A stretch of 63,371 nucleotides of DNA, the filler included, from Ministeria vibrans ATCC 50519 (taxonomy: Eukaryota; Protista; Filasterea), in NCBI GenBank assembly GCA_943704425.1. It is 7 parts of 7 records of this genome, joined end to end, with 100 filler letters (N's around TTAATTAATTAA, not from the genome) between each part and the next. Parts side by side here need not be neighbours in the genome. Positions count along the whole stretch, not along the records: positions 1 to 26,214 come from CALSCP010000171.1; 6 more parts are not named here. One strand, given 5' to 3'. Positions 1-11,582 of the stretch are shown in pieces. The notes under the pieces were generated by a model that worked only from the letters and a program-made list of their open reading frames with translations, was not told the DNA's origin and ran no database searches. The first letter of the stretch is position 1, and every line of letters starts with the position of its first letter. Both the position numbers and the translations under genes were made by a program.

Positions 1-1
1 T

Positions 2-481
2 GTGTTCCAGGCACAAGGAGACTACAGTCGTGCTCTTGAGTACTATGAGCGTGCTCTGACCATTAAAGAGAAGTCTGTTGGTCCCGACCACCCATCCACA
101 GGCGGCACATTGAACAACATGGCTGGTGTGTTTGAGGCACAAGGAGACTACAGGCGTGCTCTTGAGTACTATGAGCGTGCTCTGACCATCTGTGGGAGGT
201 CACTTGGCCCTGACCACCCGTCCACAGGAGAATCTCTTTTTAATCTGGGCATTTACTTTCTAAAGCTACAAAACGGCTCTCGTGCTCTCGAGTACTTCCA
301 GCGGGCTCTATCTATTTTCCGTCGGTCCCTTGGCGACGCCCATCCGCACACACTCAAAGTCCAAAACGCCGTCCGATCCCTGCGTGCCCACCACTCGGTG
401 CACGATTACTCGCGAGCTCTTCTCATTGCTGTCTCACTCGCTCTTCTTGCAGTGGGGATTGTGGCTCGTCTCAAACGTTAG
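2..481 (+). CDS. TPR-repeat protein (kinesin-light-chain/NPHP3-type 42-aa TPRs) with C-terminal hydrophobic tail; 5'-partial
   Basis: Repeats of 'QGDYxRALEYYERALTIxExxxGPDHPST..xLNNxA'; C-terminal 'ALLIAVSLALLAVGIVARLKR' is a TM segment followed by basic residues. Confidence 0.85.
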   Translation: MFQAQGDYSRALEYYERALTIKEKSVGPDHPSTGGTLNNMAGVFEAQGDYRRALEYYERALTICGRSLGPDHPSTGESLFNLGIYFLKLQNGSRALEYFQRALSIFRRSLGDAHPHTLKVQNAVRSLRAHHSVHDYSRALLIAVSLALLAVGIVARLKR

Positions 482-749
482 AGAAGTACATGATAAACCT
501 ATTTTCTCTTGAAAATACGCCCGTCTTCAAATTTAATATCTGTGGGAACATGTGCTATTTCAAATGATCACGCTTTGACTTTCCACAAGCTTTTACAAAT
601 CAAAAAATCAATACCAAAGCCAAACTGCTAGACACTGCTCCCAGTTCAGAAAAAATGCTACGCAGCTGCGTCGACGAGAAAACTAGTCGCCCTTACAAAA
701 ACAATACACAACAGTGACACACCTTGAAGGAAGAAGAAAAAGATAATCA

Positions 750-3538
750 CTATACATTAGAAAATGAGGAAGTAATGGAGCGAAGTCGACGAAGGAGCGC
801 CTCAAGAAGCTTCTTCTTGGCCTTGTTGTTCTGGCCGACGTAGATGGCCGGATCGTCGGAACGAAACCTGTCATGAGCAAAAAATGTGAGCACAAAAAGA
901 GAGTCAATTGCAAATAAGATGAGATACTTTTCGAGAAGGGTGATGAGAATGCGGGGTTCGACGGACGGGTAAAGCAGTGGACGGCGCTGATCGTCGCAGA
1001 ACCCGTCAAAGTCCCATTTGTGGAAAATACTCACAGTCTGTTCCAGTGGACCAAACGTTTGCTAACGATGAAAAGGGTGTGAGTTGTCATAGAGGCGCTA
1101 GTGTTGTGCGTACAGCAAGACGATCAACGGGACACTCATTCGCAAACTGGACGCAGTGGTTGACGTCGGCTGAGAGAGCAGCAAAGGCATTGCGGTTGAT
1201 GGTGGTGGGCTGAACAAGGACTGTCAGAAGATGACGCGCAATCGACGAGCAGGCGTGGAAGTATGCGTGGCGCGCCACATGCTCGGGGAAGTGCCGCATA
1301 CTAGTCAAAAAGAGGACTGAGCACAAAAACAAACTACAAACTTTAAAGGGTGTACGACTAATAATAATACCTTTGGAACATGATGGAGAGGTAAGTTGAG
1401 AGATCGACGAGCCAGCCGGAGGGTTCGGTGATGGGCTTGGGGGGCAACCACTGGTAGTCCATAAGCTGGGCAAATTCGTCGACTTTGGTGCTGAGCATGC
1501 GCTGGATGGTCTGCTCGACCTGTCGACGGTGGTCGCGAAAGACGGCAACGCCCACCAGACGCACCGCCTCTTCGTCATCATCGTCCATTTCAGTGTGCAG
1601 CAGCTCGGCAAGGTGGCCCTCCAGCGACGCAAAGGCCGTGGCGAGAGCACTCGCATTCACCATGAGCTGTACCAGCTGGTTCAAGGAGCTGCCAACCATT
1701 TCGACGTGGCGCAGAAATGCATTGGAAAGCGCACCGGAGAGCAGTTCGTTGACGGCACGACGCAGGATCACGTCTGTCTCGGCAAACGACACGTTGAGGT
1801 CGTCGACAAAGCGCAGTGTATCTGCCGCAAACTGACGCACGCCCGCATACACATCAACGACAAGACGCGACCACACAAAGGTGTAGGGCAAGTCGGTCGC
1901 TTGGTCAATGCCGTCGTCACCTGTGCCGCCTCCCTCTCCACCACCACCACCATCGCTGCAGGGTGGTACGTCGCCCACGTCGCCCAGAGGATCTTCGGTG
2001 GGGTGTGCAAGGGAGGCGGCGAGGGCGGGGCATGCGATACGAAGCAGACGCAGGTCTGACTCGGTGTTGACCGTGTACAGGTCAAAGGGATCGTGTGCCA
2101 GCAGCGACAAGAAGTGCTCGGTCCACTCTTCCATGAGAAGATCGACGTAGCGGTCGCGCAGCTCGGCGACCATATCCATGACGGGGGTTGTGTTGAAGCC
2201 ACGTGCCTGAAGAGCGCGACAGAACACGACAAGGAACGTCTTGGCGTCGAGCAAAGAACGCGACTCGCTGCAGGCACTGCCTGCAAGCTGGATGAAGGCA
2301 CGGATTTGCGACATGGCAATGTCCCAAAGCTCGTTGACGATGGCACGCGTCGAGAGGGTCTGTGCCGTCTCGATGATGGTCGACTCGACAATGAAGAAGC
2401 CGAGGACGTCGTGGAAGTGCTCGCGAAAGCCCTCGAGGACAGGTGTGACAAGCGGCGCGAGTACGAGCTGTGCTTGGTTGCGACGTGCCTCGCGGTACTC
2501 CGATTCAAGTTCACTGCGCTTGCCCAGCACACTGTAAATATGCATACAGCGGTAGACGGGCTTGTAGTCGACAATGCCCTCGGCACCCAGGTCCGCCGAC
2601 GACGATTGACCTGTGATCGAGACGCAGGAGGGGCGTCGCTCAGTGGAGGCGGAGACGCTACTGTGGGGGGCTGTCTCTGCAGTCGCGCTCGTGGGAGAGA
2701 CGGTGGCACCTGCGTCAGCCTCGCCAATGGCACGGACGCCGACGCGACGAGAGAGTTCGCGGATGGTCGAGAGCCAGTCGTGCAGCTGGTTGAAGACGGT
2801 GGTGCGAATGTGTTCGCGGAGGCGCGGAATGTCGTCTTTGATGAGACGCGTGAAGGAGTAGGCGGGCAAACTGGGCAAATAGGCAATCTCGATGGCTTCG
2901 AGGGAGCGCAGTGCCGGGTAGAACGAGTCGTTCTGGATCTGTTTGAGTGCCTTGTCGTACAGTGCCAGTAGAGGCACACACGCCGTCAGTGCCTCCGTGG
3001 CTGCGACCACGTTGCGTTGGATTTGTCGACAGGCCAACAGTGCCTGGGCCGATTCGAGAAGATTGCCGCCCGACTCTTGCAAAACACTGTCGCACTTGGA
3101 GACGCTGGTGCGCAGTGTTGAGGCGTCCGCACGAACCTGACACATATCGATTAGAGAAGTAGAGCATAGGAGGAAGCAATAGCAGGGGGGTACCTTGAGG
3201 AGCTCTTCGACAGTTTCGACAAAGCCCTGGTAGTGGAAGTTGCAGGTAACTTCGATGTCACCGTCAAGCTTCTCAATGTAGCGCTCAAGACTGTCGCGGA
3301 AGGCTTCGCGCTCGCACGAGTCGTACACGGAGCGCAGCACGGCGCCAAGCTGGCCGTCGTGGCTGGCCAGCTCCTGGATGAGGTTCTGGTGCTTCTTGTG
3401 CTCCTGCTGCTTCCCTTCGGCGCGCATTGCCTGCGCAATCTTGATCGTCGTCAGCGACTTTTTCCATTTGCTTTTGCTCACGCTCGCGAGCATGGGGGGC
3501 TTGGCCGCGTCGGCTGGGTTGGCTGGGGTGTCGGCCAT
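750..3538 (-). CDS. EXOC6: Exocyst complex component Sec15/EXOC6 (spliced)
   Basis: 'IEVTCNFHYQGFVETVEELLKV', 'VDYKPVYRCMHIYSVLG', 'FHDVLGFFIVE' match Sec15 motifs; GT-AG introns at ~3137-3193, 1301-1370 and further 3'. Confidence 0.9.
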
Positions 3539-3610
3539 GGCAGGGGGGNNNNNNNNNNGGGGGGGAGAGAGAGAGGGACGGGAGAGGGGAGGGAGAGGGA
3601 GAGAGAGGGG

Positions 3611-3844
3611 CTAGTCGTAGTTGACTTTGACGCGAGGCTTCTCAGCGACGAAGAAGATGTGGTAGAGCCAGTAGACCTGCAGGAGGGGGGAGGGGGCGAG
3701 GGGGGTGAGTGAGCGAGGGGGCGCTACACGACGCACGACACGTACAAAGGCAAGTCCGTGTGCTGCGGCGACGATGCAGATTCCGTAGATGACAAAGTCG
3801 ACAAAGGTGAGGGGCGCTGCTTCCGCAATGTCCACCGTTGCCAT
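3611..3844 (-). CDS. Putative 54-aa single-pass membrane micro-protein (one phase-0 intron, 3677-3745)
   Basis: ATG; GTACGT...pyrimidine tract...CAG intron; spliced product MATVDIAEAAPLTFVDFVIYGICIVAAAHGLAFVYWLYHIFFVAEKPRVKVNYD. Confidence 0.5.
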   Translation of the reverse strand: MATVDIAEAAPLTFVDFVIYGICIVAAAHGLAFVRVVRRVAPPRSLTPLAPSPLLQVYWLYHIFFVAEKPRVKVNYD

Positions 3845-4144
3845 GATATTCAGTAGATAAAGTGTTGGAAGTTTGAACTTGGTTTGATCATTTCATCATT
3901 ATTCATTTGAAAGTAAAAGGATCGTGTCTCTCACCCTTACCTCTTATGTGATGTATGCCCGTCAGGACCCAGGCCGTCGACTGCGCACGTCGCACGCTTA
4001 ATCCACGCTTGATCGGCGTTCTTATCAGGTCACGATTGGGTCCAAGTTCAACACGATAAACGATTGTCGATTGATCATTGAGATAATTCTTTTCATAAGT
4101 AGTTTTTCTTCATGCTTTCCTCCTCAACCTCACGAAAACTCCTC

Positions 4145-6757
4145 ATGGCTTCTGCGTCGTTATCTACAACCGCTTCGGCGTCAGGCCGCCGCGTTCTGGT
4201 TGTGGGTGGTGTTGCGGGCGGTGCGTCGTGCGCTGCTCGTTTGCGTCGTCTGTGCGAGAAGTGCGAGATTTCCATTTTTGATCGAGGGTAAACCGACGCT
4301 TAATCTTCACGAGTATTGCGTGCGGGGCGCGTGTCCGTGCACTACGCTGCTGGCTACATTGACTGGTCGCGTAGCTGCTGTTGTTTGCGACTTCAAACGT
4401 CATTAGAGCAATTTCGGGGTTTTTAATGCGATGTCTGTAGTCCGTATGTGAGCTTTGCAAACTGTGGACTCCCCTACCGCGTGGGCAACGTCATCAAGAG
4501 TGACTCAAAGCTGTTGGTGGCGACTCCGGAGATCTTCCGGGATCAGGTAGGGCATACGGCGAATGAATAATACTCCGGTGTTTATTACTATGGCACTGGC
4601 AGCACAAGATCAATATCCACACCATGACGAATGTCAAGTCGATTGACCGCGCGAGCAAGACCATTGTTGTTGAGCATGATTCCGTCGAGGTATGCGCCGT
4701 TTGGTGGGAGACAAGAGCGACACTCACTTCGTCATGTGGCACAGCGGGTGGAGCCGTACGACACACTCGTGCTGTCCCCGGGCGCCGGTCCCATTGTGCC
4801 CCCCTGGCCTGGCGTCGACTTGCCCAACATATTTTCCATGCGCACCGTTCCTGACTCGCAGCGATTGCGCGAGGCTCTTGTGGGGAAGGTTCGACTCAAA
4901 GAGTGTCGTGCAGACGTATCATACATCTAATTAATAATAATAATAATAATAATAGAAAACGGCTCTGATTGTCGGTGGTGGCTTCATTGGCCTGGAAATG
5001 GCCGAGAATCTTCATGCAAGAGGTATGCATCACAATGGTTGTTATTGAAGAGTGCTCATGGCACAGAGTAGGACTGGACGTGACGGTGGTGGAGCGACTG
5101 CCGCAGCTGATGCCCTCGATGGATGCGGAGCTGCTGCCTCCTCTGTACGCTCGCATGCGCGCTGCCGGTGTTCACATACGCTTCAACTCGTCTGTCACGG
5201 GTTTCCGCCAGAACGGCGATTCTCTTCTTGCAGACCTTGTGCATACCAGTACGAATTGTTTCGTTCTTTGCTTTCTCATTGGCTCTACTTTTTTCATTTT
5301 TTTATGTTTCTCCCTCCTTAATGTGTCTTCTTTTCTTATCGCTCTCTTTCTCGTTCTCTTTTTTCTTTTTCTTTTTCATCTTGTTTCTTTTTTTTCTCTC
5401 TTTCTCGTCTCTGTATCGTTCAGGCGAAGGAGCGTCCACGGTGGAGGCGGATGTGGTGATTCTTGCGCTGGGAGTGCGTCCTGAGACGGCCCTGGCGGAG
5501 AGTGCGGGATTAGCTCTGCGCCCGCGCGAGCAGGGCGGAGGAATTGCCGTCGACGAGCACATGCGCACCTCCGATCCCAGCATCTACGCTGTCGGCGATG
5601 CTGTCTCGGTACTGTGTACTCCCGTTCACACGCTCTCTTTCTCTTGTTCTTACGTTGTGTTTGCGTAGACACTGAACACCGTTACGAATGCTTGGGGCCT
5701 TGTGCCGCTCGCGGGTCCTGCAAACCGAATGGGACGAATTGCGGCAAGCAGCATCACGGGACAGACTCACGCCCTAGCCGGCAGCCGACACTTTCGTGGC
5801 GTGCAGGCGACAGCGGTGTGTCGTGCCTTTGACGTCACCGTCGCCTGTACCGGCGCCTCCCTCACCGCCGTCCATCGTGCCCTCGCATCTGGCTCCCTCC
5901 GCCTTGATCCTGTTCCGTCATCCCCTCTCACTCCCGCCCAGCGCATCTCCACTGTCTATGTTCATCCAGGCCATCACGTCGACTACTACCCTGGTGCCAC
6001 CCCAGTTCATTTCAAGCTTGTCTTTGATTCACTCACTGGAAAGGTAGTGGTGAAACCCAGACATCCTCGCTTTGCGTGTGTATCTTCGTGTTTATTGTTG
6101 ACCATCACTGTTTTTCTTTTCTTTGGCAGGTGTTTGGCGCTCAGGCAGTGGGCGAGAATGGTGTGGTGGAGCGCATCAACACGATTGCAATGGCGCTGCA
6201 GAAAGAGGCCACAGTCGATGATCTGGCTGAAAGTGAGCTCTGCTATTCGCCTCAGGTGAGCGAGCGAGAGAATAACCAAACGTGCACATCAGTTGATCTT
6301 TTGTGCCTTGTGTTCTTAGGTTGGCTCGGCCAAAGACATTGTAAATATGGCGGGCTTCCTGGCGAGTAATGTGATCGATGGGTTGTGTCCGCTGGCGCCC
6401 TGGGCGGCCCTGAGCGGTGAGACGCCCCTCCCGCGTGACGACTATGTCCTACTTGACGTCCGCCATGCCGATGAGTATGCCGCTGAGCACGTCGCCCACT
6501 CGGTGAACATTTCCCTGGAAGACATCCGCAACAAATCGGCGCTTGCCCGAATGCGCGAGCTCACCGCCGACGCAAGCAAGCCTGTCTTCGTCTATTGCAT
6601 TGTGGGCCAGCGTGCCTACTATGCAGTCCGCGCGCTTCGCACCCACGGCATCGACGCACGCCTCTTGTCCGGCGGTATCACAACTGCAAAGCTCCTTGAC
6701 GCCGCCAATGCTTGCCGAGTCGAGTCACTGCCCCCGCTCGTTGTGAATTCCCAGTGA
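4145..6757 (+). CDS. CoA-disulfide reductase with C-terminal rhodanese domain (CoADR-RHD/Npsr-like flavoprotein), 9 introns
   Basis: FAD motif 'VVGGVAGGASCAARLRR', active-site 'SFANCGLPY', NAD motif 'GGGFIGLEMAE', 'IYAVGDA', 'LAGPANRMGR', 'ELCYSPQ/GSAKDIVNMAG', rhodanese 'LLDVR..EY..H...YCIVGQRAY'; exons join in frame via GT-AG introns. Confidence 0.9.
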
Positions 6758-8972
6758 AACATTGGTTTTCTTTCATCGAAGATTTAGTAGCTTCTTTTGT
6801 TTTTAGACCAACGTCTTAATTTTGGTTAAGCTCTTGTCCAAGCCGTATGATATCGTCCTAAACAGAAACCAAGGCAGACGAGAACCTTTGCAATCGACTT
6901 TGACCATGCTAGGGTCGAGAGGAGCTTGGCTCACACTCTTTGATACAGCGACACTCGCGAGCGTCTCAAAACTCTCATATGTCGCCCAGTCGCCGGTGTA
7001 CATGGAGGAGCACTCGTCTTTTTTTGCTCCTCGTGTACATATTTCTGTCCCATCTTTCTGCTTCACCTTCCATCTCCATCACTCACACACTCGTGGTGTG
7101 CCTCTCGCCGCGTCTATGGGCGACGTACTCTGCGACTTTCACTTTGTTTCTGTAACCCTACCACCCGCTTTCCTGATGTCTCAAAGCCCCATCTTCTTCT
7201 CCATAACGTGCGTACCAGCACTGCCATCCGCGACATACTCGTCGCCTCTCTTCTTCACGCTTACTCTCTTCGTGAAACCACCTCAGTAATTTTCTCACGT
7301 TTTCTCCAACCACCACAAATGTCGCGACGGCCTACACTCACATCATCGCGACATGTCAGTAGGTTGCTGCCTGCTTCTTGTGTTTGTTTTTTTTTTCATT
7401 TTTTTTTTCTTTCCTTCCTTCCTTTTTTTCCCTTTCCCCTTCTTGCATTTTCCTTCTTCCCTTTTTCTTCTCCCTTTTTGATGCGAGATGCTTAGTTTAA
7501 AATCATGAGGCGTTTTCAGCTGCTGAGCGGTTTACTTGCTTGAGCGAATGGCTCTGCATGCAAGTCTCTCATAAATTTCCGGTTCGGCCCATGCGGGGGT
7601 GAAGCAGCCGCTTCGGATGGTTAGATTATATTGTCTTATACAATGAAGAAGCTTTTGCCCTAGGACTTTTAGTAATAATAAAAAAACATCATCATCGCGA
7701 CAGGTGACACTCCGTCCAACGACAAACATACCCCCCTGTAGTCATTTTGGCAAAGACTCACCAACAAGCGACGCTTGAGACGACGTCGTTTTTTTTTTTT
7801 TTTATCGAAAGAAGAGAGACGGTACTTTCACCCCTTCATACCACACCCCGGCTGGAGTTCTTTTAGGGGCCTCTACGAACCCCATTTACCAAACACCTCG
7901 TAACTCGAATGAATAAAAAGAATTGATATTAAAAAAGAATTTCATGTATTCGAGTATGATAATATTAAGACGTTCAAATTTAAATAAGCTGTATTTGTAT
8001 TATTTTATTTAAATTTTTCGCCGTTTGAAAGTTATGGCGAATTGAGTTGGTGTCGTAACAGACACATTGCGAAATATTCTACTTTCTGACGAGTTAAGGA
8101 ACTGTACACTCGGCGAAAAATAATAGTTTAATTAAAAGCGAAAAATAGTAAGTTACACCGGATGGTGACGGCCTGATTTATTGAATGTTGGCGCAATTGT
8201 GTGTTCTAGGCGTGTGTAGAATTTTTGCTGAACAAACCGAGTGCGGATCGTGGAGTGAGTGAGAAGGATGGGTGCCTTGGGTCCTTGGGTCTTCTCAGTC
8301 GGCAATTTTTTGGAAGAACTAGTGCAAAGGCTTCATTGTTTATATAAGAGCAATGCTGCTAGTGATAGGCAGTGTTGTAATCAAGACTGGGTGCCTTATG
8401 TTGGCTTGTATCAATGAAAGTCACCTGAAAGGTTAATTAAAAAGCCTCCTGATTCACCTCACATACGAAAAATGAATATTTTTTTTTGAACCCCTACTTT
8501 AGTATGCCTGGCTCCAGCGAGGCTGTGCGAGTCCGTTTGAACAGCGTATCCGCCGTATTGTTTTACGCCTTCTCTTGGCGAAAGAGGGGTGACGGATGAA
8601 GTGCACAAGCACCTTCAGCTTGAGAGAAGAAGCACGGTCGTGTTTATCTGAATTTTATCTCAAACCGAAGAAAATATGAAAGGTTACATGAAAGTAAAAA
8701 AAAAACCAAGGAAGAAAAAAGGAAGAAAATGAACATTTCAAATATACTTATATTGCCTTAATTAGTATAGTTTTCTCGGTCAGCGGTGGTGCTATTGCTG
8801 TGTGCATCTTAGTTAGACTGTCTTGTACAACGAAGTGTGTTTCTTATGTTGATTCATGAATATAGTTATAGTTATGAAATTATTATATAAATAAATTTAT
8901 TATTATTAAAGCCCAATCAAAAAAAATAAAATAAAAATAAAAAAAAAAAAAAGCCCAATCAAACCCCTACAA

Positions 8973-10806
8973 TCAAATCCAAGCCTTTGTCACGATTTTT
9001 CGACGAACAAACCGAAGAAGGGACGCAGTGTCACGAGCACAAGACTCTAAAAAGAAGATAAAGAAGAAAAATAATAATAGGAATAATATTATTACGCCTT
9101 TATAATTATTGCTGTATCATTAATAAATGGGTTGTATTCTTCTAATTATTACTGTATTAGTTTGTTACGGTGTTGTTACCAATTTCATGTTTTTTCCTTT
9201 CAATGTTCATTGCCTCCAACTGTTTCTGAAACGAGCGACTTACGCGCGCAAAAGGATGCCCCTGCCAAAAAAATGAAATAATTGAAGATACTCTATTTGG
9301 GACGAAAGGCTCTTACAAGAACACTCTGCATGAGCGCCACATCGCGAGGAGACCATGCCTTTGCCTCTGATTGACTCGTGTACACATCTTCAATGTGTAC
9401 TCCAAGCCAATGCGCGGGAGTTGCTATGATTTTGGAAGTGAGAATATTTACGACGAGGATAGTAACTATAATGTTGACTTCACTTATGTAAAGGCGTGTC
9501 AATTTTTTTTTTGGAAGTCCTAGGGCAAAAGCTTCATTGCTAATGTGTCCTTACCGTAGAGGTAACTCTCCAAAGCACTTTGTCGTGCACCAAAACGATA
9601 AGTGAGAAAAATGTTGACACCATCTGGATTATGGTCGGTAAGAATGAGCACAGGCAGTTGCAGTTGTCTCTCGAGGGCTCGCACGAGTTGCCGCACTGTC
9701 ATGGGTGGGTAGCCATGGCCTGTCAAACAAAATAGTAATAGCAATAATAATTAATTAATTTCGATATTACTATTGTGGTCCGTCTTGCTGCTGCTTACCC
9801 GTCACCAAAATGCATGGCACTGAGTGAAAAATGCGTGCACTCACCAACTGTTCAAAGATGGCGTCCTTTTCCACCACCAGAATCCATCGGGCTCCTTTGT
9901 TGCGAAACGAACCGTCACCTCGCGCAATCTATTTAAATCAATTTTAATGAAAATAGCAATAAAAATAGAGATATTTTTTGAAAAGATTAAAGATTAATAA
10001 AATAATAATAATTCTATTCATTCTTTTCGAGATAATGTTTTAGTCTTATTATTAATTGACAACAAGTTTTTTTCTCACTTGAACTCCTGACGGACCAACA
10101 TGGGACAGGTCCATCCAACTGGCTCCCGCGTGTGTCTAAATACAACGAAAACAGCTTATTAATATTTATTGCTATGGGTTGTATTCTTCTTCTTCTAATA
10201 TTTATTGCAATTCAACTATCAGTCACCATAGCGGAAAGACATTTGCATTTCATACGTCGTCATACCTTCCACTCGACAAGCCCGGCTAACGAGCCTCGAG
10301 CTTGGGGAATGATGGCGACGCTTGCTCGGGTGCTCTGTAACAACTGTAGCACTCTCGCGAGCGATCGGTTTGCCGTGTAGGTTGACGGACACAGACCCAG
10401 AGGCACCAGGCGGTAGTACAGTTCACGCAGCGTCAACTGTTTTCCTTGCAACAGTGCACGGATGACAAGCACAATGACTTGCCAAACTGAAAAATGTTAA
10501 AAAAACAAGAGCAAGACAATAAAAATTAAATGAGTTAAATAGTTTCGGCGCATAAATTCTCGTACTTTGAGCGAATTGCATTTGTGTGGCATTGATTTTC
10601 GTCGTAGTCAAGCCCAAGCGGACGACAAGAGATGTTGGATCATAATGGATATTGGAGTCTTCCTGAGAGAGCACACTGAGCGTGGGCATCTGTGCACGGC
10701 CGAGCGAGCGGAGCGTGTCGCGAACGAAGTGCTGAACACGCTCAACGACAACTGGCGGCGCTAGCGAGCGGGACTCTGCAAAGCGAGGATGGGCTGCTGA
10801 ATCCAT
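8973..10806 (-). CDS. SPO11: Meiotic recombination protein Spo11 (Spo11-2-like), multi-exon
   Basis: Catalytic 'TLRELYY', Toprim 'ILVVEKDAIFEQL', 'TGHGYP', 'TDHNPDG..I..TYRFG...ALESYLY', C-terminus 'HEIES...FVRRKIVTKAWI*'. Confidence 0.9.
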
Positions 10807-10960
10807 GGTTTGTTCTTTTCACAACGAGGCAATGAACGTTTTGACGAGGAGAGAGAACAAAAAGAAAGAAAAAATTGAAAAAGTTAGAAAATCAATTCAT
10901 TATATTATTGATGATCGACATAATTTTTTTTATAAACATTTTCCGTCTCGAAGTTCTGGA

Positions 10961-11458
10961 ATGGACATCGAACAGCAGCCTCGCCCACCCTGTGCGGGGT
11001 TTGTTGTGTTGGATATGGATTCAAGGGAGCCGCGCGTTGTGATAGTGAAAACACACGCAGGACACGCCGGATTTCCCAAAGGCAAACGGGAAGGCACCGA
11101 AGGCGTTCTTGAGGGGGCTCTGCGTGAACTTGGCGAGGAATCAGGGCTTGGAGCGCATCAGATTACCATTGTTCCGGGCGTGTTTCGAGATGAGATGGTA
11201 CAAACCGTCTGTTTATTATGCAATTACTCAACCATAATAAATAATATTATTACTTTCTCCCTCCAGTCGGCCAAAGGCAACCCTGCCACACGCTATCAGG
11301 TGGCACTAGTCTCAAGCACCACGCCGCTCCGTGCCTACGACGAGGACGAGCTGGCTAGCGTCGAGTGGATGGCAGTGGGCGATGCCGCTCGGATGCTGCG
11401 TGAGGGCCGACGGCACATTCTCAACTGGGCCATCACGCAGGCGCGCAGCAGGATGTAA
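10961..11458 (+). CDS. NUDIX hydrolase (Ap4A-hydrolase-like), one intron ~11198-11266
   Basis: Nudix box GKREGTEGVLEGALRELGEESGL preceded by 'FPKG'. Confidence 0.85.
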   Translation: MDIEQQPRPPCAGFVVLDMDSREPRVVIVKTHAGHAGFPKGKREGTEGVLEGALRELGEESGLGAHQITIVPGVFRDEMVQTVCLLCNYSTIINNIITFSLQSAKGNPATRYQVALVSSTTPLRAYDEDELASVEWMAVGDAARMLREGRRHILNWAITQARSRM

Positions 11459-11582
11459 ACACCCAAGACGAACTCTAAAAACGTAGGAGCGGATGAAAGA
11501 GAGGCACGCCATACAGTTGAATGTTAAAGTATAAAAGAAGGAAAAGAGGACTGTAATGTATCAAGAAGAGGAGGTTGTTTCT

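Noticed and set aside
6800-8900. Short ORFs between CoADR and Spo11
   Set aside because: No recognisable domains or convincing exon chain
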